Positions 1 to 13,499 of a stretch of 64,000 nt of DNA are shown piece by piece. The position numbers and the translations under genes were made by a program. How positions within the stretch are numbered: the first letter of the stretch is position 1; the number at the start of each line of letters is the position of its first letter. The notes beneath the pieces are model-generated. The model was not told the origin of the DNA. It made no database searches and worked only from the letters and a program-made list of their open reading frames with translations. The DNA is from Azolla caroliniana (lineage: Eukaryota > Plantae > Polypodiophyta), in the NCBI GenBank assembly GCA_043228905.1, contig JBHGNT010000009.1, forward strand, positions 20,956,001 through 21,020,000. Reading direction: 5' to 3'.

Positions 1-47
1 GTTGGGCGGTTCAGTTTAGGCTTGAGCCAAGCCGTTGCCGATTCCTA
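1..47. mobile_element. Right end of a non-autonomous hAT-like MITE (truncated by window edge)
   Basis: Reverse complement of the end reads TAGGAATCGGCAACGG, matching the terminal inverted repeat of the copies at 1236 and 6552. Confidence 0.6.
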
Positions 48-169
48 GAAATATACACACATGTATATAGATATATTTATGTTTATAAGTTATAACTATA
101 AATTCATTCAATTTTTTACCCGTTAACTTTGGCGTCTCACTAGAACACCCATCCGATCACTGCTTGGCA

Positions 170-490
170 TTGTGGCATGCTCTTCAATTATACACCTTGA
201 TTTTAATCTACCCAACTGTAGTGATTTATATGCTACTGTAGAATGCAAGTGTCGAAGCATTAACGTCTATCGATGTTTGCCATAGCTTGGCATGCTATTA
301 AATTATACATCATGATCTTAATCTCACCAATTTTATAGATGCTCGTGTGGAATGCAAGTGTTGAAGCATTACCTTTTGATGTTTGCAACTAAATTATACA
401 CCTTGATTTTTATATCACTAACAACATTGATTATATAGATGCTAATGTGGTATGCAAGTGTCGAAGCATTACTTTTTATTGATATTTGCA
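170..490. repeat. Three degenerate ~100-115 bp tandem units
   Basis: TGCAAGTGT(C/T)GAAGCATT and AATTATACA(C/T)C recur three times at about 105 bp spacing. Confidence 0.7.
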
Positions 491-620
491 AACAACCTTG
501 TCAACCTTATGAATAAAAATGCTAATAATAAGCAAAATGATTATTTAGATTAAATTGTTCGAAGGGCTAAGATCCCGTAAAGTGGGTGTTGATCACACGG
601 TTGTACATGACAACATGTTC

Positions 621-780
621 ATACATGCTGGAATCATGGATGGAGGCATACAAAATGACCTCTATACCATAATGCTTTGATTGAGTTTTACGTTGAATAT
701 GGAAAATAGAGGATGCTTGGTCATTGTAAATGTGGGGGTATATTGGATGCATGTGATGACCCAAATGTGGTATCGGGAGA
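621..780 (+). pseudogene. Decayed PLS-class PPR gene fragment
   Basis: Across frameshifts it reads IHAGIMDGGIQNDLYT/NALIEFYVEYGK/IEDAW...KCGGILDAC..PNVVS, matching PLS-PPR L/S motif consensus (IH..I...G...D....NALIDMY.KCG.LEDA; PNVVSW). Confidence 0.7.
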
Positions 781-1235
781 TGTTGAATATGAACATGACG
801 AGGAAGATTGATTTGGTTTGAACATATGCAAATTCATGGTATGTTTCAACTATCGAGGAAGTGTTCAATCAAGTCTATCAAAAGAAGGATTCATGGCTAC
901 CTATTGTCTTACACAAGACTGGTTGGGGAAGGATAATCATCTCCTTTCCATCATTTTATATTTTGTAGCTGATATGGTTTTTTTAAACAAATGGAAGGAT
1001 ATGTTTTAAAAAATAAATAAATAAAATGATTATTTAGATTAAGCAAATGAATGGTTTAAGGGTGTTTAACAACCCCCCAAACAAAGGACAAATAGACTAA
1101 CATAAAACATTTTTAGCGTCATAATCACCAAATATTAGCTTATATTATACCTTGTGTGTTGAGATGATCGCATATTAAAGAAAAGAGATCTGCCTCACCT
1201 ATAGAGTCTTGAGATCTTTTAATGGAGGGAGCATC

Positions 1236-1667
1236 TAACAATCGGCAACAGTTCGGTTCGGTTTGAGAGGGTCCAAACCGAACCGTTTAAAATGTTTGAA
1301 ACCTGAACCAAACCAAATCAAACCGCGAAACCGTTAAATATTTTTCAAACCGTAAAAACAACGGTTTCGTGGTTCGGTTTCGGTTTTCAACATAGGTCAA
1401 ATTTTTAATTTTTTTAAAATTTAAGATGTTCCTAAAATGTGAGAATAAGGTGTAAAAATGAAAAGATTGTTAAAAAAAAATATTTAGAAATTTTTTATAA
1501 TTTTATCATTTTTTTAAACAAAAATAAAATAAAATAGAAACCGTTAAACCGTTTAAACCATGGTTTTTTACTATTGAAACCAAACCGAACCCGAACCGAA
1601 CCATTAAGTCGTTAAACCGTGGTTTCACGGTTCGGTTCGGTTCAAACCGAACCGTTGTCAATTGTTA
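1236..1667. mobile_element. Complete non-autonomous hAT-type MITE
   Basis: ~21-bp TIRs (TAACAATCGGCAACAGTTCGG / CCGAACCGTTGTCAATTGTTA), perfect 8-bp TSD GGAGCATC at 1228-1235 and 1668-1675, many subterminal AACCG/CGGTT motifs. Confidence 0.9.
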
Positions 1668-1734
1668 GGAGCATCTAGTTCCCATTGTAGAAAAGATGTA
1701 GGTATACTTTGTTCGAATCAATCTAGGGAATCAT

Positions 1735-2066
1735 TAATTCATACTTTTGAATGCGATATTTTGTGTCTTTGTAGGTACTATATTGCATGAGAGTCCATTG
1801 GATTGGTCAATTCACATGTGAATTACATCGCATTGATTGTTGCTATTGACACCAATAAAGTGAAGGATTAACCAATTCCATCATCCAAACAGACCGATAA
1901 TAATTCATACTTTTGAATGTGACATTTTGTGTCTTTGTAGGTAAAATACTGCATGAGAGTCCATTGGATTGGTCAATTCATATGTGAATTACATCACATT
2001 GATTGTTGCTATTGACACTAATCAAGTGAAGGATTAACCAATTCCATCATCCAAACAGACCAATAA
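1735..2066. repeat. Near-identical tandem duplication of ~166 bp
   Basis: TAATTCATACTTTTGAATG...CCAAACAGACC occurs twice in direct succession. Confidence 0.9.
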
Positions 2067-3029
2067 TAAAGTAAAGGGAAGCCAAAATTGTAGCTAATAA
2101 TGGTAACCTAAATAGCATTCAATTAAACAATAATATTATCGGTAAATCATGCATCACACATGGAACAATTAGGTTGCTGCATCCGTGTTATGAACAAATT
2201 GAGGAAATGCCCGACGCCACGTTGTGACATAGGGTACATTTCCAGTTTGAAAGACTCTAGTTATCCCTACAACCAGACTCATTGTCGTAGGTGACTGAAC
2301 AATACATACCAAAAATTTGCATGAGACCCTAGGGACCTTACCAACCGATAAATGAAAAGAAGAAGAAGAAGAAACGATCATACTTTCTCGAAGCAATGCC
2401 GGCTATTTTGGACATGATGATTTTAATTCATATACAAATTTAGATATCGACATGGCATATCTTGGAAGGTCGGGGTATATTGTTGGTGTTTCTTTGTTTT
2501 TTTTCCGAGTTTTGGTTTCACACTAGGCCCCCCCACTGCCCAAAGACCAAAAACAGGGGATGTTGCTTTCAACTGCTGGCCTCTTTTTTTCCCTCCAAAT
2601 CATCAACAGTATAACACACTGCTACTGCAAGATCTCCCAGGTATGCTCAATTTCTTGTGCATTTTGCTTTCTGCTTTCTGCTCCTTTTAAGTGTCAATTT
2701 CTTGTGCATTTTGCTTTCTGCTTCTTTAAGTTGTCAAAAGAGAAGTAGAAGATGCAAGGGTTTCTTTTTAAGCTCGTTCATTCTTTGTGTTTTGGGTTTT
2801 TCAGAAGTTGTAAGGATTTGGATCTATCTTTAGCCTTATTATGGTCCTGTCTCTGTATTTCACGAGGAATGTAAGAGATAAAATTGTATGTGAAAACGTT
2901 AACCATGGATTTATTAAGATATTAACTCGAAAAACTCCCATGGTTCTCCATTGTTGAGAAGAGATTTTCAAGAGCCTTTGAGCTTGATTTAATCATGGAT
3001 ACAACAAACATCCATATTTGCTACTCTGA

Positions 3030-3835
3030 AATAATAAAACAAATGGATATCCATGTTTTCAAGAGAAATGATAAACCCTTGTGTTTACTCCAGTCACATG
3101 GTAAACAATGCACACCCATGTTTTCAAGTTAATGTTTACCCTAGTCACAACATAAACAATAGACACCCACGTTTAATCTGTTTGCAGGATAAACAATGGG
3201 CATCCATACGATAAAACAATCGGCATATATGTTTACTCTAATCACTGAATAAAACATCCCATGTTAACTCTACTAACCAGATAAACAATGGACACCACTG
3301 TTTACTCTACTTACAAGATAAACAATGCAAATCCAAGTTGGCAAGTTAACCCATTGCCGCTCACCCATGTTTACTTTAATCACCAGATAAATTGGACATC
3401 CATGTTTACACTAATCATTAGATAAACAATGGACACCCATGCTTACTCTAATAACAGGATAAACCATGGAAATCCATATTTATTGACAGGATAAATGACT
3501 GACATTCATGCTCATAATTTAAATAATAGATGTTATTGTTTACCCTGCGCATAAAATAAACAATGGACGTCCATGTTTAAAATGCTCGTAGGTAAGCAAT
3601 GGGCATTCATGTTTACTCAATTCACCAGATAAATACAGGATATCCATGTTTTTTCTACTCACAAAATATAGAATGTGCATCTATGTTGACATCAATAACC
3701 AGATAAACAATGGATAACCATATTTACTCTACTCAGAAGATAAATAATGATCATCTATGTTTACGCCACCCAGAAAATAAACAACAAACATGCAATCTTA
3801 ATGGTTCACAAAATGAGCAATAAACATCTATGTTT
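3030..3835. repeat. Degenerate ~47-bp tandem array in the 5'UTR intron of the PHD-homeobox gene
   Basis: About 15 copies of GATAAACAATGGACACCCATGTTTACTCTA with variable linkers; intron donor CAG|GTATG at 2640, acceptor near 3910. Confidence 0.8.
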
Positions 3836-4090
3836 GATATGAATGGTGAAGAATTTGATTACTTTATAATATAACGATCCAGTCTTTCTAAGTTAGTAAT
3901 GGTCTTGCAGGTGTATTTGGGGAGTGAAATTGCAAAACATTGTTCTAATTTCAGTTGTACAATTGATACTCTTTCAGTCAGCATATGTAATCAATACTCT
4001 GTACTCATTCTTCATAGTGTGGACTGAGAACTCCATGAAATATTATTCCTTTCAATGAAAATCTAAAGAGCATCAGTGTACATTAAGATC

Positions 4091-7000
4091 ATGTCAAAAC
4101 AGATCACAGAAATCTCGGAAGAAAACATAGTTGAAGCTATACGAGACAAGCAACAAGTATTAGAAGCTTACTCTTCTAAAACCTGTTTTGAAGAGAGCGA
4201 TAGTAAACAGAAAGAAGAAACATGCTCTATGCAAAAGGAGGTTAAAGGCAGTAAGAAAACAACATGGAAAACACCAGAACTTTCTAAGCAGAATGGAAGC
4301 TCTGGACATCAGAGTAGCCTTGTCAAGTGGTTGCAATCATCCACCCCACAGAAGAAAGCATCACCTTCAGAAGATCAAAAGCAAAGCAATGTAGAGAATA
4401 CTACAAAAGAACAAAATAATATACAGGGGAATGCTCGTGCATCTGTTAAGAATGATGCTTCAAGGATAAAGACGCGTGTGAAATATCTTTTGAAGCGTAT
4501 AAACCAAGAACAAAATTTGATCGATGCATATTCTAGCGATGGATTGAAAGGACAAAGGTTTGTGCATTTTTAGAGAAATGAAATTAAATGCTAAGAGAGA
4601 GATGTAGTTCAGTTGGTAATGTTGTCTAATGAAGGGGCTATCAGGTAGTGCATTTAGTCCATGCATTCCTTAAAGTCATCTAGTAAATATTGCAATTACT
4701 GAGATTTGAACACACGTGTAGAGGATTTACAAATATGGCCACTAGGATTTAGAGGGGCAGACCCTGAAAAGTTACATCATCATTTCATGTGTTATGTACC
4801 CAGACAAAATAAATGAAAATTCCCTAAACTAAAACTGTAAATTGTTGTAAGGTACTCTTGTAATACAGAAGACTATTGTTCAAATGTTTCCTACAGTATG
4901 AGAAGAAATTTCTCATACTGAGGAACTATTTCTCACAAGGCACTCTCGTAATACAGAGGGACTTAAGGAAGAAATTTGGTGTTCAAATGTTTCCTACAGT
5001 AAGAGAAGTTTCCTTCTTTTTCAAAAAGAACGAGAGTGAGACACAGTTAAATATATTATTAACATCCATAGGAGACCGATGTGATTTATGGGGGCTGAGC
5101 CCATGACTTCGATGTTAAGTTGTAAACAATCAAGCTAACTGCCATAAAGAAAAATAATTTTTTCTTTTCTTCCAAATTTCCAGTCATGAAAAAATCAGAC
5201 CTGAGCAGGAGTTGAAAAGAGCTGAAACACAAATAATACAGTGTAAACTTGGGATACGCAAGGAGTTAGAGCAGCTTCATACCTTGAGCCTAGAAGGGTC
5301 TATTCAGGAAGGTGCCTTTGATGAGGAAGGGCAAATATACTTTGATGATGTAAGAAGATGTTTTCCTTGTCTGAAAAGAACTATTATTTTGGTGTTTTTG
5401 AACTTTTGGTTTTTTATTATGCCATCTGGTCTTGCAGATCTTTTGTGCAATATGTAAATCCAAGGAAGTCTTCGCTGAAAATGATATTATTTTATGTGAT
5501 GGTGCTTGTGATCGTGGTTTTCATCAGTTTTGCTTGGATCCACCTTTGCAAACTGAAGACAGTATGTATCACATAGATCTCATATAATTGAACTACTCTT
5601 ATGATTCATGGTCATGGGCAGTTGTGCTTTGTGCATAAGAGTAAATAAATTTGTACAAAGTTGAGTTATTAGTTATGGCTTTTTTCTTTTTGTGCAGTTC
5701 CCCCCGGGGATGACAGTTGGCTTTGTCCTATTTGTGACTGCAAAATTGAGTGTTTGGATGCTATCAACGATCGTCTTGAAACGGACTTTGACATTGAAGA
5801 CAGTTGGGAGGTGTATACACATGCCACTTCATAATTTCATGAATGCATTGATTGAGGTTTTTTGCTTTCCAATGCAAAAGTGTTATGTTTACTCAATGTT
5901 TTTGTCAGAAAGTTTTTGCTGAAGTGGAAGAAGATGCCTATTCTGGTGGTGATGTTGGTAACCTTGTCACATCTCAAGTAGATTGGCCTTCTGAAGATGA
6001 TGAAGATGATGATTACAATCCTGAGAAGCTGATGCAGAATGGATCAGCCAGGGAAAATGGGATAAATGATGATGGCAATTCTGATTCAGACTCAGATTCG
6101 AGCACAGGCTCTGACTCAAATTCAACTGGGAGCTCAGAAGTGGTCTTTTTTGACGAATTTGCAGGGAAATCAAGGGGAAAGAAAAGATCACATTCTGAGG
6201 AGGAGGAAACTGAGTTATCAGATGAAGACATAGTCTCACAAAAAAGACAGCGTCCAGATGTCGACTATAAGCAGCTGTATGATGTAAGCTCACAACCAAA
6301 ATTTATCAGTTTTTCTTTTGTCAAATTCAGATTCTTCACTTTCATTCACTTTACCTGCATTTCATTTCTAATGAAAGGAAATCATTTGTCCTTCTAGACA
6401 ATCAATCTTTTTGGTTTATTGTTGTTGTTTCCTTTCTTACTCTATAAGCTAATAATGAATATGAAGGACGATAATGCTGATGGTTGAGTCATCTTTTGTC
6501 CAACTTGCATATAGATTATTTTTGTCTCCCCTCCTAAACATCTATTGGAGCTAGCAATCGGCAATGGTTCGGGATTCTTGAACTCAACCCGTCTCAAGCC
6601 AGAGCATTTCAATTTTTTGAAATTTAAACTGAAACCGTTCAAACCGATCTGTTATAGGAATTTCCAAGCTCAAACCAAATGGTTCTAGGGATTTACAAAC
6701 CGTTAGACTGTGGTTTTGTGGTTTGATTTCAGTTTCGGCGGCTCAGTGATTGCACCTCAATTTTCGAAGATACATTTTTTATTATTAACAAAGCTTTTAA
6801 TCAAACCGTTAAGCTGTTTAAACCACAAACCATTAAGCTGATAAAGTCACAAATTGAACCAAACCAAACCAAACTGTGTGGTTTATGGGTTCAGTTCGGT
6901 TCAAACTGAACTGCTGCCAGTTGCTAATTAGAGTGTTATTTTATGCTAGGAGTGTTCTTACTCTTTGTTTTCTTGCATGTATTAGATGATATAAGATCAA

Positions 7001-8074
7001 TGTGATAAATAGTATTCTATTATGATCAGGGAAATGCCGCTTCTCTGACGTGCATATGGTCTTACCCCTTTTCTGCCCTAACTAGACCCTGTATCTAAGG
7101 ATTTATCTTTTATTGAAATTACTTGTAGATATGATTTGCTTTCTTGGGATCTGTGCACGTTTTGCAGGAAGCATATGGTCCCAATGCATCGGACTATGAT
7201 TCAAGTGAAGATGATGATTGGGAAAAGAAAATCGGAGCAAAGGATGAAACCGAATCAGATCAAGAGAACAACGGAGTACCTTTGGAAATAATGCAAGGGA
7301 ATGCCAAAAATGTAGAAACAACTCATGCAAAAAAGAATTCAGTTCGACCATCAAAAGACATGGTTCTGGTAATATATTGTAACCAAACCCAAGTGTAATG
7401 TATCATTCATACACATACAGATTATATTTATGCAATGCCTAGGCGTAAATGTTCTGGTATTTGCAATCACCTAGTGAACACATTTTCATAATATATAGGT
7501 CACCCTTTTGCTTTTGTTGTCTCGTCCAAATAAATGTTGTCTCGTCCAAATAAATGTTGTCTCTTAAAGAACTTTATAGCATATGAACCTCTTTGCCTAT
7601 ATTTGCAGAAGCTCCAAGAGGTATTCAAAGAATGTGAGCTTCCATCAAAGGCTCGGAAACAAGAGTTGTCTTGTGAGTTGGGGTTGTCATTTGAAGATGT
7701 AAGTCACAGTCATGCTTATTTTATTTGTTATGGGAATGATGGGAAGATGAAAATGAAGTTTTGGAAATGCATACATTTTTTATTCATTTCTTATTTTTGC
7801 TCTTGAAGGTGAATGCATGGTTTAGGAATTCTCGCCGAAATGCTGCAAGGAAGAAGAAATGTAGCAGTAAATTGGAGACATGTACAAACGCTGGTTCAGG
7901 TAAAAAGCCAATCTATACGTGCTTATGTTATGAACATGAAGAAGTATGGACTTACCACCATTGATAAAGTCGATACCATTTCCTTTGATTGATGTCTCTC
8001 TTTGTTATGTAGGTCAAGAACAATCGGTATTGGCGAAACGAGGGCATGTCAATGACACACAGATGATTGTTTGA
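4091..8074 (+). CDS. PHD finger-homeodomain protein, PRHA/HAT3.1 family (9 coding exons)
   Basis: Exons ~4091-4557, 5184-5349, 5438-5562, 5698-5809, 5909-6283, 7168-7368, 7609-7698, 7809-7899, 8013-8074 with GT-AG junctions. Conserved [24 protein letters not shown] block; PHD IFCAIC...[18 protein letters not shown]...WLCPIC; [14 protein letters not shown]; homeodomain with VNAWFRNSR. Confidence 0.92.
6552..6926. mobile_element. Older copy of the same hAT MITE, inside an intron of the PHD-homeobox gene
   Basis: TIRs TAGCAATCGGCAATGGTTC ... GAACTGCTGCCAGTTGCTA; degraded TSD ATTGGAGC / ATTAGAGT. Confidence 0.8.
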
Positions 8075-8699
8075 CATAACAGAGAGTTTTGGATCGATCA
8101 GTTTCCATATACTGTACATTGTTGGTCTTCAGACTATCAACTCACAAAAACAGATGGTGCCAGGTAGAGTTGAATCTAACTTCTATATAAGGAAGACCTT
8201 TCAAATATTCTAAATGAAAAACACAAACCAACATTAATCACATTCAATGCATGCCATGTCCCAAGCTGCTTCATCTAGTCAATGTTTCTGTTGTACTTCT
8301 GGTTAGGTTTGGGTGAATGCAACTGTCATGAATGGCACAGATGCCAAGCTAACGTTCACACTAGACCTCCATATCTGGGCGTGTAAATGTACCAAAATAA
8401 CTTATGAAGGCTAATGCTTTTCATTAATCATGATTGATTTATTTTTCTACATCCAATACTAATGTATGATTGGCGTAAGTGCATTGTGCTAAATTAAGTT
8501 ATCAACAATCAGTTATTCAGGCTTTAGATGGTAACTAATGTAGTAATCAAATAACGAGCCATTCATCAATTGATCATTTTAAGTAATGTGCCGATAATGA
8601 ACTGGCCATTTGAATAATTTGCCACTTATGAATAAGTTTTACTTTTTTCAAAAAGATACTACATCAGTATTAAGAAACGCCTTAAGGGTGTATACATAC

Positions 8700-9070
8700 A
8701 AGATGAACCTTTCATTAATGATTCCCATTTTCTAAATTCTGGTCGTCGGCTTAAATAAATACTTCAATGTTTAGTATAACCACTCCACCTTATCAGAAAT
8801 CCTTCTATAAAATCTTTCCCAGGTGGCATGAAACTCCAATCGTTCAAGCTTTGCATGTTGCGTATTACCTTTTATATTATCCAAAGAACCTTTGAGATTA
8901 TGCACAATCTTTGTCCAAATCCTATAAATTATTTAGGTAGGTCTTTCAGTCGCATTTTGAAATATCTTCAAACATTGAGCCTTCCAAATATACCAAATTG
9001 TGATACTACTTACCAATTGCCATATTTGAGGTTTATCAATATCTATTTGTGGTTTCAAAGGTATCAATGT
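8700..9070 (-). mobile_element. L1-type LINE ORF2 C-terminal remnant
   Basis: Minus strand reads IWQLVSSITIWYIWKAQCLKIFQN...IWTKIVHNLKG, the W..IWK.RC..IF motif that follows zf-RVT in plant L1 elements; contains in-frame stops. Confidence 0.7.
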
Positions 9071-12000
9071 TTTTTGCATCAAACCATGTCTCATAGCAAT
9101 AGCATTTGCAACCTCCTTTGTTAATCAAGTGATGTGTTGTAAATAAGTTAATCAAGTGATGTGTTGCTAATGAAATGATTAATTGAAGAAGATGCTATGA
9201 ATGAAACAATTTGCGTCCTCAATGAATGTCAATTACAAATTGTGGCCTTCCCTTAATTACCACCAAATTGTTTTGAATCAGTTATGCATTTCTTCTTTAG
9301 CACACTAAATAAAGTTTTTTTAGTAGATTAATTGAGAAAAAAAGTGTGGGATTTTGGCAAATACAAAAGCAATATGCTATGTAAGATAACGTAGAGATGG
9401 TCTAGAGAGAGTAGAGCATAATCTAAACCAGCAAGGGAGATATAAAGCAAAGCTTAAGTTTTAGGGTTCTACACTAGATATGGTGAATATCATATGGAAA
9501 TAAGATGAGCATAAGTCAAATGGTAGATGTGCATTGGAATGTCTATATTGTTTTTTGCTCTTCAAGGACATCACCTTGTGTGTAGTGCTTACATAATTCA
9601 AAGTAGTGGTGAACCATGCGACAATGCTAACGATCTTAAGTATGTTTTTGGGGCCCGTCTACAAAATATCATGTCACTAATTTTTCATATCAACATGACG
9701 GTTTGACCCCCTCTTTATTTAATATTTTCAATGGTGTTTTGTAATTTGAAGCATTGACTACATACAAAATTTAGTTGAGCAAATTATTGGTTATACAATG
9801 CTTCAATATAGAAAGCAATGGGTTCATTGTTGCATATACTTAACTTTATGTTTGGCTTGATCATACATGCCAATAGTCGTGCTCCTAATATAATGGCTTT
9901 ACATGTAAAATTTCCATGGCACACAAGTCGGCATAGCCGAATTAAGAAAATAGAATGCATCTAACATAATGATCCATTTGTCAATATGAAAGTTTGAAAT
10001 ATCCTATTTTTTCAAGCATCTTGCTCCTTTTTCTTATTATTGAAGTCGGACAAAATATTTGAATTGATCGACCCTCCTATTTCTTATATGGCAAAGTTTG
10101 TAGGTGGAAAATTTATTTGACTAGATCAAACCCTCCTATTTCTTATACAAGAAATACGAGAACATTAATTATTGCATTGCTTGATGATTGTGGTTTATTA
10201 TTTTAGCCCTTTAGGAAACTTAACTTTAGCGTAATGTAGAAAATTGAAGCCTTACATTATCTTTAACAATCTTAAATCCTGCATATTCGGCACCGAAGCC
10301 CACAATACATGGATGTTGAATGATGAAATGTTAAAAGAGTTTTATGGGTTCATTCTTAAGCTATATATAAGTTCAAGATACGGAAGGTCCAAGATGCATG
10401 CAATGCATATACAACATGTTTACATGCAAATGATGAATACAAGCTTCAAGGTCAATTTTTTGCTCTAATACAATCATAACAAATTCAAGGTGGGTATGTT
10501 TTATATGTTATAACTTATAGTCTTGGACTTCAGCTCCTATCACTACCCTTGGGGAGATGTTGATGGCAATCAAACCCCCACGAGGAGAAAACAAAAGCCT
10601 TAGACATGCCCCTAATACTTAAGAATAATATCAAAACTACCCGTAACGATTTGGGGTAGATCATTGTTTTCGTAACATATATAGTTATAAATTATAATGC
10701 AACAAAGCCATAAAATATGGAATGAATTCTAAAACTAAGTGAATGCAAATGATAATGCATTAGTTGCTAATGAGCAACAATAATTATTAATCAAAAAAAT
10801 CTAATTAAATAATATCATTTTATGTAGGTCCTAATGTTTGTGGATATAATTGTGCATGTATGTGAAATGATGCACTTAGGCATGAAACATTGATAGGTTA
10901 TAACACAAGGATTTATCATAATCCCTCCACCCCTATTTGACTTCTAGAAAGACTAAGGACACATTCTACTAAATGCAAACCTTAATAAAAAAAGAATATC
11001 ACTAAAGCCTAACCATCATGTTTTACTATTATAATATATCTTATACTATGACAACATATATGGTGATTTTTATGTAGCTTTCTGGAAGGCATGCGTGATG
11101 AAAAATAGTCAATGCATCGAGGGTCATCTCTAACACATAATTGAATGCTTTCATAATGTGTTTAAACACATTGTGGCTTGATTTCTCTTGACTTTATTTT
11201 GTATGTTTTTTTTCATATCAAACTATATAACTTGAACTTTACATTCTCTCGACTGTATTCGTACATTGAAATGAATTTGATACAATGTCAAAGTCCAACA
11301 TTCACGTGTAAGAAAGCGAGGTTGAAAGATGATAACACATGCTTACAATGTTATGCGCATGTTGGCCACCATTCCTAATCGACAATTGACTTCAATAATC
11401 AAATTATTGAAACACATAATATGGGATTGAAGTAATCGTGTGACATTTTTTTCTATGTGAGATTGTATACATGATTCATGACTTATGTGATTTATTGATG
11501 AAGAAACAATGTTGTAATATGACTTTGGGAATTTGCAAACCCATTCTTTGATGACATAATTGATATAGCTGATCTAATTGACAATCTACTAATCCCAACG
11601 AAAAAACATGAATGATTTTCTATGATGGACTACATAACTCAACCCACACAAAAAGTTCATTCAAGCTCCTTTGATTATATTCATGTGATAGGACTTCCAC
11701 TCTTTTTTAACTTGAAATGTGTTCAATGTCTCGTGGCCACTGGTTCGACCTCCCCTTGAAATGCATGTGATGCATAACGTCTATTCTTAGGTTTAACTCC
11801 ACTTTCATACTATTTTTGTCTATTTGAGAGAAGCTCACTCAACATCAAGGAAATTAAGGGTATCATTGCTAAGTTGAGGAATGGCTAATTTTGTAAGTTT
11901 GTTTCGGTCTCTTTTGAGAACTCTCGTTTGTGGTGTAAATTGAATATATGACAATAATGTTGGAGGAGAAGTTCACATCAAAATAAGTATCTTAATTTTG

Positions 12001-12711
12001 CAACAACAAACAATAATACAAATGATTTCCGCCATGCATCCACACATATGTAGGTATCATATATGGGCTGAATGCGATGAGTTGACCACCCACGATATTT
12101 CTATACTCATTCAAAATACAAGAGAAGAAATGGCCATCACTCTCGTAACTTTGTCGAGAGGTTTATATGTGTAGCATGACATGTAGGAAAAGATAACATA
12201 TTTGAAGGAATATGAAGACTTATATTGTGAATGAAACTCGGATACATGTGCTTGAAGCTTGCCATGCATTTCTTATATTATCTTAATAAATTTCGTTGTT
12301 TTGTGCATGTGTACGTTGCTAAGGCAAGTTATTAACGGTCAAGTGGATCACATCCACACACATCAAATGTATCTTTGTTTGTTCAATGGTGATCAAATGC
12401 CAACTCAAATTTTAAATAGATATGAACTTGAGCGAAATTGGTGCGTTTAAGTTAAACCAACATAAGGCATGTGATGATAGATGAGATGAAACCACCCATA
12501 CAAGTTATCAATATATTGGTTGAAATGTGTTAAGGAGAAGAAACCGACCATTATTTTATTATAACTCCCTCATACAAGGAGCTCTGTTATGTACGATGGG
12601 TCACTAAATAAAGAGATTTTATTATAACTCTCTTGTACGAGGAGATTTGTTATGTATATACAACGGGTCACTACATAAAAGGAAGCAAAATCTAAGGAAT
12701 GTAAGGAGTCT

Positions 12712-12838
12712 GCTCAATAATAATATACATATCCTCGAAGCATGTCCACGACTCAATAATAATAATACACATATACTTGAAGCTTGTCCACGACTCAAAA
12801 ACAATAATACACATATCCTTAAAGCATGTCCACAACTC

Positions 12839-12903
<65 letters not shown>

Positions 12904-13058
12904 ACATATCCCTTGAAGCATGTCCACAACTCAATAATAATAATAATACACATATCCTTGAAGCGTGTCCAAGACTCGATAAAAGTGCACACATCCCTAG
13001 AAGCATGTCCACGGCTCAATAAAAAAAAATACACATATCCCTTGATGCATGTCCACGA
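12712..13058. repeat. ~40-45 bp minisatellite with an embedded (AAT)n expansion
   Basis: About 7 units of CTCAATAATAATACACATATCCTTGAAGCATGTCCAC; one unit has ~21 AAT repeats. Confidence 0.9.
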
Positions 13059-13499
13059 TTGTCAACCTCTTCTTAAGGAGTAGTATTTAGGATTCCTTCC
13101 ATTCATGTTAATATCGTGTTATGTTCCATTGCGGGTTAGAAGTACACGTGATCAAGGAGTAGGGAAGTATACTGGGATGAGTTTCTTCGACAAACAATAA
13201 AAACAACTCTTATTTCTATATGATGATGATGATTTGTGTGAAAGAGATGTCCACAAGAGTTGTGGGACGGGCGGGCGCCCATTTTCCGAGTGCATGGCTG
13301 GCCATCATGATCATGATCATGACCATAGCACGTAATATACTCGAACGCATTGGCAAACATTCTTTTTCATACGAATGAAAACGAGTGCATATTTTATCAA
13401 AACATTCTTATGTTTTTTCTTTTTTAACACTTTTTACGTTAACTTTCTTACCTTTAAAAAAAATTTACTTATAAATTATAATAAATAATGAATACAAAA

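Noticed and set aside
3030-3835. CRISPR-like appearance (palindromic repeat plus variable spacer)
   Set aside because: Repeats are degenerate, the linkers are short and mutually related, there are no cas genes, and the context is a eukaryotic intron
9200-12500. Coding-like decayed sequence, probably TE-derived
   Set aside because: No recognisable motif or termini by eye, so no supportable call
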